Positions 18,351 to 30,659 of a DNA stretch of 64,000 nucleotides are shown in pieces. Positions within the stretch are counted from its first letter, which is position 1. The number at the start of each line of letters is the position of its first letter. The stretch is from assembly GCA_965261165.1 (NCBI GenBank), contig OZ253445.1:93965-157964 (forward strand), read 5' to 3'. A model generated the notes under the pieces. The model saw nothing but the letters and a program-made list of their open reading frames with translations, was not told where the DNA came from and did not search any database. The DNA is from Gammaproteobacteria bacterium (GTDB taxonomy: Bacteria > Pseudomonadota > Gammaproteobacteria > Eutrophobiales > Eutrophobiaceae). Position numbers and translations under genes: made by a program.

Positions 18351-18923
18351 CTAAATCATCTGAGATAATTCTTTGAAATTTTCATGTTTAGCATCACGTA
18401 ACCATTCGAATATTATAGATTCCGAATTACAAATAACAACATTCGCGCGACTCATGCGTACCAGAGAAGCCTCATAACTTTCCCTGTACCTTGAACAAAC
18501 GCCATCGGCAGCAACAAAGACCTGATAACCTTCGGAGATTAATTGAATAGCCGTCTGTAAAACACAGACATGTGCTTCAATACCAACGAGTATGACTTGT
18601 TTACGTCCAGTTTTTTTTAGTTTTTGTAGAAATTGATCTGCACCAGCGCAAGAGAAACAGGTTTTTTCAAATTTCAAGACATCATTAGGGAGTAACTCGA
18701 CAATTTCAGGTTCCGTAGAGCCTAGTCCATCAGGGTATTGTTCAGTAACTAATACTGGAATGGATAACGCATTCGCTCCCCGAAGTAGAATATTAATATT
18801 TCGCTTGAGTCTGGCTAAAACTTTAATTGGCATTGCTAAGGTAAGACGTGTCTGGATGTCAATAATTACGAGACAACTATTATTGGCATTGCAAAGATGA
18901 GCATCGATGTTGAAATTAGACAT
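18351..18923 (-). CDS. Isochorismatase-family hydrolase
   Basis: IIDIQ, TEQYP.GLG, KTCFSC and GIEAHVCVLQT motifs. Confidence 0.9.
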   Translation of the reverse strand: MSNFNIDAHLCNANNSCLVIIDIQTRLTLAMPIKVLARLKRNINILLRGANALSIPVLVTEQYPDGLGSTEPEIVELLPNDVLKFEKTCFSCAGADQFLQKLKKTGRKQVILVGIEAHVCVLQTAIQLISEGYQVFVAADGVCSRYRESYEASLVRMSRANVVICNSESIIFEWLRDAKHENFKELSQMI

Positions 18924-18962
18924 TAATCTTTTTTCAGTAACCCCCTAAATGTAATTATTTTT

Positions 18963-20285
18963 TTAGTTCAACCAAATATTAATGTTTTTGAGATCATCAG
19001 GACTCAATATCCCCGCTGCCTGTTTGAGACGTAGGCTATCTAGCAAATAATCATACCTTGCACGCGAATGATTACGCTTTGCGTTCAAGGCTGTTCTTTC
19101 CGATGCAACGACATCAACGGCTGTTCGTGTGCCAACCTCAAAACCGGTTTCCGTTGCTTTCAATGCTGTTTCGCTCGAAACGACAGCCTGTTTGAGTGCT
19201 GTGACGCGACTGATGCCAGAGACGACGCCTAGATACGCCTGACGAGTCTCTTTTTGCGCGGCACGTAAAGCTTGCTCAAGTTCCTGTAGTGACTGATTAT
19301 AGCGGTACTTGGCTTCTTTTGCTCTTGAATTAACTAGCCCGCCTTGGTAGAGGGGCACATTTAGTTCCAGACCAATACTTGATGATCTTATTTTAGTTTC
19401 ACCAAAACGGCCACCTGATACATTATATCTATGGCTAGCAACTAAATCGAGCGTAGGTAAATGCCCTGCATTCTGTTTTTTGATTTCTTGCCATGAATTT
19501 TCCAGTTTGTGCTTGATGGCAATAATATCCATATTCTGTGATGCAGATGTTTTTGACCATTGTTCAATGTCATTTGGTTCTGGGCTGATCAAGGGCATGG
19601 AATCACCCAGATTATCTAATTTAGTGATATATTCACCTGTTATTTCACGCAAATTTTCGTTGGCGTTATCAAGTAAATTTTTGGCCAGTATTTCATCAGC
19701 AGTCGCTCTGTCAAAACCAGCTTGGGTCTCTTGCACATCACTTATTGCTATTAAACCTACTTCAAATCGTTGGTTTGCCTGTTCTAGCTGGCGACTAAGT
19801 GATTTTGTTTCGGCTTTTGCAAATTCAAGATTATTCTGGGCAGCCAGAATTTCAAAATAATTTTCTGCAACACGAATGACTAGTTCCTGTTGTGCAGAAA
19901 GTTGTTCAGCTTTAGCTTGAAAGATAAGATTGTTTGTCTGTTTTAGAGAAAGGTAGCGATCCCATCTGAATATAGGCTGAGCAACATTTACTGCGTAACC
20001 GCGACTATTAAAATTTTCATCTCCAGAAGAACCAAAGGTTCTGTCGCTACTGATCATTTGATCATTTTTAGTTGTGTTAGCACTTATATTTGCAGAAGGT
20101 AATAATAATGCTTTTGCTTGAGGCTTTGATTCTTGGGTCGCCAAAGTTGAAGAAACAGTTTGTCTGTACAGTGGATCGCTGGTTTCGGCAAGTGTATAAA
20201 CTTCAATTAAATCTATTGCCGCAGCCTTACTGCTTATCAGCAGCAATACAAAGCTATACATGAAATACTTAAAATGTATGCTCAA
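18963..20285 (-). CDS. tolC: TolC-family outer membrane channel
   Basis: Signal peptide; RFEVG, AGHLPTL, PLYQGG and GFEVGTRT motifs; pcm-rhodanese-tolC context. Confidence 0.9.
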   Translation of the reverse strand: MSIHFKYFMYSFVLLLISSKAAAIDLIEVYTLAETSDPLYRQTVSSTLATQESKPQAKALLLPSANISANTTKNDQMISSDRTFGSSGDENFNSRGYAVNVAQPIFRWDRYLSLKQTNNLIFQAKAEQLSAQQELVIRVAENYFEILAAQNNLEFAKAETKSLSRQLEQANQRFEVGLIAISDVQETQAGFDRATADEILAKNLLDNANENLREITGEYITKLDNLGDSMPLISPEPNDIEQWSKTSASQNMDIIAIKHKLENSWQEIKKQNAGHLPTLDLVASHRYNVSGGRFGETKIRSSSIGLELNVPLYQGGLVNSRAKEAKYRYNQSLQELEQALRAAQKETRQAYLGVVSGISRVTALKQAVVSSETALKATETGFEVGTRTAVDVVASERTALNAKRNHSRARYDYLLDSLRLKQAAGILSPDDLKNINIWLN

Positions 20286-20348
20286 ACCTATTCCTTAATC
20301 GTATATTTTATTTTTTTAGAGTTATTATTTAGAAATCGACAAAAAATT

Positions 20349-20666
20349 TTAATATCTCGTCATGCTTTTATCGATGGTACTTGCCCAAGCATTAATGCCC
20401 CCTTCAAGATTTACAATTTGTTCAAATCCTTCTGCAATAAGATGTTCAGCTGTCATCACACTCCTCATGCCGTGATGACAGATAACAACTGTTCTTGCTT
20501 GCTTATCCAGCTCATATTTTCTTTGCATAATTTCAGATAAACTGATATTGATAGAGCCATTAATATGACAAAGATCGTATTCCCATTGATCGCGAATATC
20601 GAGGAGTACGACTTGCGTTCCATTCTCTAGTTCTTTTTTAAGTTCTATGACGTTTAATGAATTCAT
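20349..20666 (-). CDS. Rhodanese-domain protein
   Basis: LLDIR, ICHHGMRS and NLEGGINAW motifs. Confidence 0.9.
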   Translation of the reverse strand: MNSLNVIELKKELENGTQVVLLDIRDQWEYDLCHINGSINISLSEIMQRKYELDKQARTVVICHHGMRSVMTAEHLIAEGFEQIVNLEGGINAWASTIDKSMTRY

Positions 20667-20674
20667 TGCTCTTC

Positions 20675-21328
20675 CTAAAATTTGAAAGGCTCAATTTTAG
20701 AAACAGCTTCTAGCTCTGGCAGGTCAGTTTCAAATAATATTTCAGTGCTCCATTCATGTTCAGATAATCTTTTTATCAATGTCGCTTCCATTACAGGGGA
20801 TTGACCAATGACCACAAACAGACGTCCACCGATTTGTAACTGCTGTTGTATACATTCTTCCAGAAAAGGAACCGAACCTGTGAATACAATCACGTCATAA
20901 GGAGAAGATTTTTGCCAGCCATGAGCTGCATCACCCGTTTCAAGTGTTACATTACGAGTATTATACTGTTGAAGTTTCAGGTTAGCCTGTTCTGTGAAGT
21001 CAGGATAAATATCTACGCTCAGCACATGGTGCCCAGATTTTGCTAGTAAAGCAGTTAAATAGGCGCACCCCGTACCTATTTCAATAATCTCATCTTCGGG
21101 CCTTATCTCAAGTGCTTGTAATAAGCGCGCTTCAACCTTGGGCGTCATTGTGACTTGTCCATGAGCGAGAGGTATACGTGTATCGGCAAGTGCCAGACGT
21201 TTGTACTCATCGGGCATAAAATCTTCACGATGGATTGCAGAAATCAGATCTAGCACAGACTGATCTGGCACATCCCATGGCTTAATTTGTTGCTCAATCA
21301 TGTTTGAGCGGGCTTGTTTAAAATTCAT
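20675..21328 (-). CDS. pcm: Protein-L-isoaspartate O-methyltransferase family protein
   Basis: ARSNMIEQQI, EIGTGCAY and QLQIGGRL motifs; likely start at 21328. Confidence 0.85.
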   Translation of the reverse strand: MNFKQARSNMIEQQIKPWDVPDQSVLDLISAIHREDFMPDEYKRLALADTRIPLAHGQVTMTPKVEARLLQALEIRPEDEIIEIGTGCAYLTALLAKSGHHVLSVDIYPDFTEQANLKLQQYNTRNVTLETGDAAHGWQKSSPYDVIVFTGSVPFLEECIQQQLQIGGRLFVVIGQSPVMEATLIKRLSEHEWSTEILFETDLPELEAVSKIEPFKF

Positions 21329-21401
21329 CAAAATATTCTCAAAATAAATACGTTTCAATTAATTCGTCTACGAGTATTATACAGCAAAGCACGAGCAGTG
21401 T

Positions 21402-21473
21402 AGCTAGTGGTGTCTGAGAATGGCTGAGATTAACCCTCGAACCTGAACCGGTTAGTACTGGCGTAGGAAAGCA
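21402..21473 (+). promoter_or_regulatory. TPP riboswitch
   Basis: GCTGAGA, ACCC, GAACCTGA, GGTTAGTAC and GCGTAGG elements upstream of thiC. Confidence 0.85.
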
Positions 21474-21490
21474 GATATTTTTCGCTCTGA

Positions 21491-23416
<1,926 letters not shown>

Positions 23417-23539
23417 CTGGAATGAGTTTTTCCATCTGATGCTTTGTTGCAAAGGATAAATCCGCTTATATGATATGAGTTACAGTGGTGTCGCCAGAGA
23501 ATATTCTGAGAAAATTTTGTTAAAGGATTGGGAAATCTA

Positions 23540-24862
23540 ATGCTATCTGCTGATTCTTTAGAAATAGCATTGCAAAATACATGGCATCAGGACGTAGCAA
23601 ATTCAAGTCTGCAACGATGGTTATCGTTGTGTGAGAAAAAGCAATGGGGGCGATGCCCGGAGAATCTGGATTTACTTGTGTCTCTATTCGGAGCCAGTTG
23701 GTACTTCACACGATTTGTATTTTTTCGAGGGCACAAAATAGCTGGCATTTTCGATGAAGCACGGACACTAAATTTTACCTCAGCATCATTGATTGATGAT
23801 TTCCTTAAAATTTCTACAGGAGATGATCAGGAGACTCAATTCGAAGCACTTAAGATAGCTAAGAATGAAATTATGCTGACAATTCTGTTAGCGCAACTTT
23901 CAAAATCAAATACGCAAGAAGAGCTTGAATCTGCACTAACCAAGCTTGCGGAAGCTACTTTGTTTTGTGTCATTCATATCCTCTCAAGTGGTGATAATGA
24001 AATTAAAGATAATATTGCTATTCTTGCCATGGGCAGGATGGCTGGTGATGAAATGAATTTTGGTTCTGATCTGGATTTGATATTTCTATATTCGGGCATC
24101 TCCCAGGAATTAGCCTATAAAATTTCGTCGTTTGTCCGTAAATTAATGCGTAATATCGGATTATTGTCTCCCGCTGGATTATTATATGAACTAGACATGC
24201 GCTTACGACCTCACGGTAATTCAGGCGTACTGGTGACAGGTATGCAATCTTTTATCGATTATCATAAAGATAAACGTGAGATATGGGAACGGCAGATGAT
24301 GACGCGTTGCCGCGCAGTAGTTGATAATGAGGGTATCGCTAGTTCGGCATTAGCTCAAATAGAACCTTCTATTTACCAGAAATTTGACGAGAAGAATTTG
24401 AGAGCCGAGATCAGGGATATGCGGAAACTGGTGGTTGATGAGCTAGGAACTAAACAGGGAAAATATGATTTAAAACGTGGTGAAGGCGGAATTATGGACA
24501 TCGACTTCCTGACGCATTACCTGCAACTTTTATATGGTTATGAAAACTCTTCGTTGCGGACATGTAGTACCAGAAATGCATTAAGAAAATTATTTGAAGC
24601 AGAAAAAATTTCTAGAGAAAACTGTGAAACCCTGTTGCAGACATATGATTATCTAAAAACGATAGAAAGTCATATACGGGTATTTGATATGAAATCAATC
24701 AGTACCTTTCCAAAGGATGTTGGTAAAAATGATGGATTATTACAGTCAATGAATTTTCTGGATAAAAATATCCAGATTGCAGCAGAACAATTTAAAGGCG
24801 AATACAGAAGCAATACGCAGAAGGCAAGACTAATCTTTAATGAGATTTTTAGAATAGACTAG
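23540..24862 (+). CDS. GlnE-like adenylyltransferase, single nucleotidyltransferase module
   Basis: AMGRMAGDEMNFGSDLDL, DMRLRPHG, WERQ and DLKRGEGGIMDIDF motifs; only about 440 aa. Confidence 0.8.
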   Translation: MLSADSLEIALQNTWHQDVANSSLQRWLSLCEKKQWGRCPENLDLLVSLFGASWYFTRFVFFRGHKIAGIFDEARTLNFTSASLIDDFLKISTGDDQETQFEALKIAKNEIMLTILLAQLSKSNTQEELESALTKLAEATLFCVIHILSSGDNEIKDNIAILAMGRMAGDEMNFGSDLDLIFLYSGISQELAYKISSFVRKLMRNIGLLSPAGLLYELDMRLRPHGNSGVLVTGMQSFIDYHKDKREIWERQMMTRCRAVVDNEGIASSALAQIEPSIYQKFDEKNLRAEIRDMRKLVVDELGTKQGKYDLKRGEGGIMDIDFLTHYLQLLYGYENSSLRTCSTRNALRKLFEAEKISRENCETLLQTYDYLKTIESHIRVFDMKSISTFPKDVGKNDGLLQSMNFLDKNIQIAAEQFKGEYRSNTQKARLIFNEIFRID

Positions 24863-25037
24863 GTTTTCCGAGTAATCATTATATGTAACAATTTGATTAC
24901 GTCCTCTATTCTTGGCCTAATATAAAGTTTTGTCGGCAGCAGAACCAATTAAATAATATCCATGGAAGACATGGCATGTCGTGGGCGCATGAATACAGAG
25001 GAACAATAGCCTAGCCATTATTCGTAGAGATTCAAGT

Positions 25038-26330
25038 CTAGACTCTTACGCTTAAGGCAATTTCGCCATTTAGATTCACAGATGTGATTCTGGCCTGTTG
25101 TATTGTATTCGTCATGACTTCGCCAGAATCGACGTCAATCTGTGTGCGTACGAAATTTGGAGTGTAACCAAAGTATCTTATTGTATTAGTTTTGCCAGTT
25201 TCTGAACCCCCTTCCCATAAAATTGAAAATTTCCTGAGGATGTGCTTTTGCAAGTAATTTTTTTTCATTTCTTTTGCTAATTGATGAAGTTCAGCACTGC
25301 GTATTTTCTTTATGTGATTGCTTACCTGATTAGGCATGCCTGCAGCTTTTGTCCCTTCGCGTTCTGAATAGCTGAAGATATGTATATGTGAGAATTTAAC
25401 GCTACGAATGAATTCTATACTTTCTTGCCATTCTTTTTCGGTTTCCCCGGGGAAACCTATAATGACATCTGTTGTGACATTAAAATCTGGTACTTCGTTG
25501 CGTGCGTATTCTATAAGTCGTTTGAAATCTTCTGTTTTACAACGACGTGACATTCTTTTTAAAACGCCATCACTGCCACTTTGTAGTGGTAAGTGCATAT
25601 GTGGCATTAATCTGTTGTTTGAGAATAATTTAAAAAACTTATCTGGTAAATCCCAGGGTTCTACTGAAGCCAGACGTAACCTAGGTAGGTCGGTTTCATT
25701 AAGAATTGATTTAATTAATTCATAAAGGCCACTATTGATATCACTGCCATAACCACCGACATGCACACCAGTGAGCACTGCTTCATGGATGCCTTGTCGG
25801 GTTAAGTTATTTATTTCAGAGACAATGTCAGTGATTGACCGGCTGCGTTCGCTTCCTCGGGCAACAGTCACAATGCAATAAGTGCAACGATAACGACAGC
25901 CATCTTGTATTTTAATAAAGGCACGTTGACGTCCACGTTTAAATAATGAGGTTTCGCCAGGAACTGTTGCTTCTGATGGCATGGTCAGCAGGTTTAATTC
26001 TTGTGTAGTGACTTCAACCAGTCTTTCTTTATCTTGATTTGGGATTACTAGGTCTATCCCTTCAATTTCATTTGAAATAGTTTTATTCAGGCTGCTGTAG
26101 CAACCACTGACAACAAGTTTTGCAGTAGGGTTGTTTCGGTGTGTACGTCGTATCAACTGTCTTGATTTGCGTGCCGCATCCTGAGTGACCGCACAGGTGT
26201 TAATCACCACGATATCAGCCAGTTCTGCTTGCTGTGTGATGGTATGACCTCTAGACATAAATCCCGTGCCCCAGTTTTCAAGTTCGGCTTCATTCAGTCT
26301 ACATCCCAGCGTTTTTAGGTGTACTTGCAA
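25038..26330 (-). CDS. mtaB: tRNA t6A methylthiotransferase MtaB
   Basis: TLGCRLN, INTCAVT, KIQDGCRYRCTYC, HLPLQSG and IGFPGET motifs. Confidence 0.88.
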   Translation of the reverse strand: MQVHLKTLGCRLNEAELENWGTGFMSRGHTITQQAELADIVVINTCAVTQDAARKSRQLIRRTHRNNPTAKLVVSGCYSSLNKTISNEIEGIDLVIPNQDKERLVEVTTQELNLLTMPSEATVPGETSLFKRGRQRAFIKIQDGCRYRCTYCIVTVARGSERSRSITDIVSEINNLTRQGIHEAVLTGVHVGGYGSDINSGLYELIKSILNETDLPRLRLASVEPWDLPDKFFKLFSNNRLMPHMHLPLQSGSDGVLKRMSRRCKTEDFKRLIEYARNEVPDFNVTTDVIIGFPGETEKEWQESIEFIRSVKFSHIHIFSYSEREGTKAAGMPNQVSNHIKKIRSAELHQLAKEMKKNYLQKHILRKFSILWEGGSETGKTNTIRYFGYTPNFVRTQIDVDSGEVMTNTIQQARITSVNLNGEIALSVRV

Positions 26331-26333
26331 GGC

Positions 26334-27281
26334 TTATAGCCCGAAGGAGTTGAAAGTTGAAAGATGTTTTTCAATGCATATCGGTAACATATCGAGATTA
26401 TAACCACCTTCGAGTACAGAAATGATCCGTTTGTCTGAGTATTGTTCGGCTTTTTCCATGATGCGTTCTGTCATCCATGCGTAAAATTCGGCACTCAGGT
26501 TCACTTGTCCTAGCGGGTCATCAATATGCGCATCAAAGCCTGCCGAGATAATAATAGCTTCTGGTTTAAATTCATCTATCTTGGGTAAAATCTTATCTTT
26601 GAAGGCTAATGCGTAGTCACTATCATTTGCACCTGCAGGCATGGGGCAATTAAGTGTTGCACCGATGCCTTTACTGATACCTGTTTCGCTATAGGCGCCT
26701 GTGCCAGGGTAGAAAGGATATTGGTGGGTGCTGATATAAAGCACGGAGGGATCTGACTCGAAGCTATGTTGTGTGCCATTCCCATGATGCACATCCCAAT
26801 CCAGTATTAAAATCTTATCCAATTGATATTGTTGTTGTAGATATTTAGCCAAGATGGCAACGTTATTAAAAAGACAAAAACCTAACGCTTGATCCTGTTC
26901 TGCATGATGGCCGGGAGGTCTAGTCAGTGCCAGACCATTTTGAATTTCTTTATTAATGACTTTGTCAGCTATTTCAATGACGGCACCGGTTGCCATTAGT
27001 GCGATATCGTATGATTTTGGGCAAATGCTGACATCCATTGAATCAAGGAAATGATTGCCAGATAAACATGTCATTTCTGCGCGTTTTATATAGTCAAGAC
27101 TGTGAACTGATTCAATCCAGCCTAGCTCAGCGGTCTTAGGTGATAGATGTATGAGTGAATTAAACCAGCTCTGTTGTTTGAGATGTTGGATACAAACATC
27201 CAAACGCTCGCTGCATTCCGGATGTCCCGGACCGGTTCTGTGTTCAAGAAAGACAGGGTCATACAGTAAACCAGTGCTCAT
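26334..27281 (-). CDS. Histone deacetylase-family amidohydrolase
   Basis: HPE, RPPGHHA, GFCLFNN, DWDVHHGNGTQ, SAGFDAH and LEGGY motifs. Confidence 0.93.
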   Translation of the reverse strand: MSTGLLYDPVFLEHRTGPGHPECSERLDVCIQHLKQQSWFNSLIHLSPKTAELGWIESVHSLDYIKRAEMTCLSGNHFLDSMDVSICPKSYDIALMATGAVIEIADKVINKEIQNGLALTRPPGHHAEQDQALGFCLFNNVAILAKYLQQQYQLDKILILDWDVHHGNGTQHSFESDPSVLYISTHQYPFYPGTGAYSETGISKGIGATLNCPMPAGANDSDYALAFKDKILPKIDEFKPEAIIISAGFDAHIDDPLGQVNLSAEFYAWMTERIMEKAEQYSDKRIISVLEGGYNLDMLPICIEKHLSTFNSFGL

Positions 27282-27299
27282 AAAACTTATGCATAGTTA

Positions 27300-28319
27300 T
27301 TAGCTGAGTCTCTTGGTGATGGCTTCCACATATTCGATAGTTGTTGCACTACCGCCGAGATCACCAGTGCGTATGTTATCTTCATTAAGGACATTTTTGA
27401 TTGTATGACGTAATTGTTTGGCCTTGTTATGTTCGTTGACGTGCTCCAGCATCATTGCAGATGCAAGTAACATAGCAGTTGGATTGGCAATACCTTTGCC
27501 AGCAATGTCTGGCGCTGATCCGTGTACAGCTTCAAATATAGCAACATCAGGGCCGATATTCCCGCCCGGTGCTAAACCTAGGCCTCCCACAAGCCCTGCA
27601 ATTTCGTCAGACAAAATATCACCGAACATATTACTGGTTAGAATAACATCAAACTGCGATGGGTTAATGACCAATTGCATGGCCGTGTTATCAACTATGC
27701 GTTCTTCAACATCGATTTTTCCTGCATAAGATTTACCAGCTTCAAGCGCTGTATCAAGGAATAAGCCTGTGAGTTTTTTCAGTATATTAGCCTTATGCAC
27801 CACCGTTACCTTTTTACGGTCATGGCGTAAGGCATAATCAAAAGTGAAATCTGCAATTCTTTTGCAGCCTGAGCGTGTCATGATGCCTGATGCAGAGGCA
27901 ACAGCCCTTGGGTCACCGTCAACAGGAATATAATGCTCAACCCCTACGTACAAGCCTTCAGTGTTTTCGCGAATTAATATCAGGTTGATATCATCGAAAC
28001 GACCCCCTGGTATAAATGTATGTGCAGGTCTGACATTGGCATATAAATTAAATTCTTCTCGCAAACGAACGGTGGCCGAACGGAAGCCTTCGCCAACAGG
28101 TGTGGTTAAAGGTGCTTTAAGCCCAAGTTTGGTTTCACGAATATTATCCAGCATCGGTTTAGGCAAGACATCACCTGATTCTTCCATGGCCGCAAGCCCG
28201 GCTTTGAAGCGTGCCCATTCAAATGGCGCTTCTAGTGCATCCAAAACATTGATGGTGGCTTCAGTAATTTCAGGGCCGATACCGTCGCCATCTATCAGTG
28301 TTACAGGTATTTTGCTAAT
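27300..28319 (-). CDS. Isocitrate/isopropylmalate dehydrogenase family (IDH3-like); start codon atypical
   Basis: VTLIDGDGIGPEI lies upstream of the track start; RENTEG, VHKANI, NMFGDILSD and EAVHGSAPDIAGK motifs. Confidence 0.88.
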   Translation of the reverse strand: MSKIPVTLIDGDGIGPEITEATINVLDALEAPFEWARFKAGLAAMEESGDVLPKPMLDNIRETKLGLKAPLTTPVGEGFRSATVRLREEFNLYANVRPAHTFIPGGRFDDINLILIRENTEGLYVGVEHYIPVDGDPRAVASASGIMTRSGCKRIADFTFDYALRHDRKKVTVVHKANILKKLTGLFLDTALEAGKSYAGKIDVEERIVDNTAMQLVINPSQFDVILTSNMFGDILSDEIAGLVGGLGLAPGGNIGPDVAIFEAVHGSAPDIAGKGIANPTAMLLASAMMLEHVNEHNKAKQLRHTIKNVLNEDNIRTGDLGGSATTIEYVEAITKRLS

Positions 28320-28445
28320 TTTATTCTCTCCTCATTTATTATTTTTTTTCATTACCTAAGCTTCTGCAAGCAATACAAGCGGCTGTTATTGCATCTTTAA
28401 ATAGAAATCCATTGAATCATGCTGCATTTTATTTGTTGGCGCTGA

Positions 28446-30566
28446 TTATTTGATTTTCAATGCTTGAAGTCTGGCGGAGCTTGAATTTGGTGTTGTAATC
28501 AGATCGTAAAGGATACGAGCAGTTTCTTGCAACAGGATATCATGCGGTTTATCTTCATTGTTTTCTTCTTCCTCAAACTCATCAATTTCAAGAGTATTAT
28601 CTCTTTCTGGAAGTGGCTCAAGACCCTGAGCGATTCTTAATTCATTCTCGAGTTCGTGTTTCATATCCAGTAAATTTTCACGTTCGGCTTTCCGTTTACT
28701 TTCCTTTAGAGAAATTGTTTTTTTATCATTGCTTTTTTTTGCAAGTTCTATTTGCTCAAGAAGTAATTTGAAAATTTTGTCAGAGCCTACACGTTTTTCG
28801 TGTAAAAACTGGATTTCTTTATAAGATTTTACTGGAACTCCAACCTTAATATATCGCGCTGGTTTAACTTGTTCCCATGGCAAAGCATTCTCCAGTGAGC
28901 GTTCGCCATGATCCTCTATATTTATTGCAGTGGGAAAAATAACATCAGGGATGACACCTTTATTTTGGTTACTGCCACCACTGATACGAAAAAACTGTGC
29001 AACCGTTATTTTCAGTTTACCATGATCCTCTTTAGGGTTTTTAATAAAGTGATTGAGATCGATAATGTTTTGCACAGTCCCCTTGCCAAAGGTTGGCTCA
29101 CCAACGATAACGCCGCGTTGGTAGTCCTGAATAGCACCTGCAAAAATTTCTGAAGCAGAGGCACTGTTCCGGTCTACCAGCACTGCCAAAGGTCCGGCAT
29201 AAAAAAGGGAAGGGTCAGGATCATCGTTAACATTAATTTTTCCAGCCGAGTTTTTTGTTTGCACCACAGGGCCTTCTTCGATAAAAAGTCCGGTCAGCGC
29301 AAGTGATTCAGAAAGAGAGCCTCCACCATTTGCACGTAAATCAATAACAATACCTTCAACGTCTTTTTTCATGAGCTCGGTGATAAGTTTTTTAACATCT
29401 TTACTGGTGCTTCTAAAATCAGGGTCACCTCTGGTTTGGGCGGCAAAATCAACATAGAAAGTAGGGATATCAATAACACCGATCTTTTTATCCAGATCAG
29501 GCAAATCAATCACGGTTGACTTTGATGCAGATTCTTCAAGCTTGATCTTATTTCTGGTCAGAGTGATGATCTTGCTTAGATCTTCGCTAGCTGATTTTCT
29601 AGGAATGATTTCAAGTCGTAGCACAGTATCTTTTGGGCCACGAATAAGTTCAACAACATCGTCAAGCCGCCAACCAATGACATCAATAATTTTGCCATCA
29701 TGCCCCTGGCCAATACCAATTATTTTGTCTTTACCATGTAATTTCTTGCTTAGATCTGCCGGACCACCAGGAATGATCTTTTGAATCAGTGTGTAATCAT
29801 TTTCATTTCTAAGGACTGCGCCAATACCTTCCAGGGAAAGTCGCATACTGATATCAAAATTTTCAGATGTTCTGGGTGAAAAATAAGAAGTGTGTGGCTC
29901 GATAGAAGTCGTATAAGAATTCACAAAAGTTTGAAAGATATCGTTTGCATTAAGTTGAAATGTACTGGTATAAATCCTTTGGTATCGTTTTCTTAATATA
30001 TCTTTTATTTCTGTTTTTCCCTTGCCTGTTAATACTAGGTTAAGCATGTCATTTTTCACACGTTTACGCCAAACTTCATTTAGTTCTTCAATAGTCGTTG
30101 CCCAGGTGAGTTTGCGACGGTCAAACAGGTAGTCTTCATTGATTTCAAAATTAAATTCATTCTCCAATATTGAAACAGAGTAATTGATCCGCTCTTTGAC
30201 TCTTTTTCTATAGATTTTAAATATATTGAAAGCAGGTTTTAGGTCAGATGCAAGTAATGCATCATCCAGCTTATATCTGTATTTTGAGAAGAGTTGTATA
30301 TCCTCATTGAGAAAAAAGCTGTGATTTGGATCCAGACTTTTTAGATAGGCATCATACATTGATGAGGATAAGCTATTATCAATAGGTTTCTTTCGGTAAT
30401 GATGGCTGCTGATAATATTAGTAATGATTTCTGTGGCATCAACATGTTTTTTATCTGGAGTCAGCTCTGATTGTGGTACCAATGGCGTATCAGCATAAGC
30501 AACCGTCTGGAATAAGCTCAGGTAGAATGACAGAATTAATGAAATGAATAGTGAAAATTTTTTCAT
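28446..30566 (-). CDS. prc: Carboxy-terminal processing (tail-specific) protease
   Basis: EPHTSY, SLEGIGAVL (PDZ), DLRANGGG, SASASEIFA and TFGKGTVQ motifs. Confidence 0.92.
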   Translation of the reverse strand: MKKFSLFISLILSFYLSLFQTVAYADTPLVPQSELTPDKKHVDATEIITNIISSHHYRKKPIDNSLSSSMYDAYLKSLDPNHSFFLNEDIQLFSKYRYKLDDALLASDLKPAFNIFKIYRKRVKERINYSVSILENEFNFEINEDYLFDRRKLTWATTIEELNEVWRKRVKNDMLNLVLTGKGKTEIKDILRKRYQRIYTSTFQLNANDIFQTFVNSYTTSIEPHTSYFSPRTSENFDISMRLSLEGIGAVLRNENDYTLIQKIIPGGPADLSKKLHGKDKIIGIGQGHDGKIIDVIGWRLDDVVELIRGPKDTVLRLEIIPRKSASEDLSKIITLTRNKIKLEESASKSTVIDLPDLDKKIGVIDIPTFYVDFAAQTRGDPDFRSTSKDVKKLITELMKKDVEGIVIDLRANGGGSLSESLALTGLFIEEGPVVQTKNSAGKINVNDDPDPSLFYAGPLAVLVDRNSASASEIFAGAIQDYQRGVIVGEPTFGKGTVQNIIDLNHFIKNPKEDHGKLKITVAQFFRISGGSNQNKGVIPDVIFPTAINIEDHGERSLENALPWEQVKPARYIKVGVPVKSYKEIQFLHEKRVGSDKIFKLLLEQIELAKKSNDKKTISLKESKRKAERENLLDMKHELENELRIAQGLEPLPERDNTLEIDEFEEEENNEDKPHDILLQETARILYDLITTPNSSSARLQALKIK

Positions 30567-30659
30567 AAATTTTAATTGTCTTTATAGACTAGGCTCATTA
30601 CTGGCGGCGGCGTTGTTATACCTTATTTTCATGGTCTCAGTTCACTATTTGCAGAGCTT

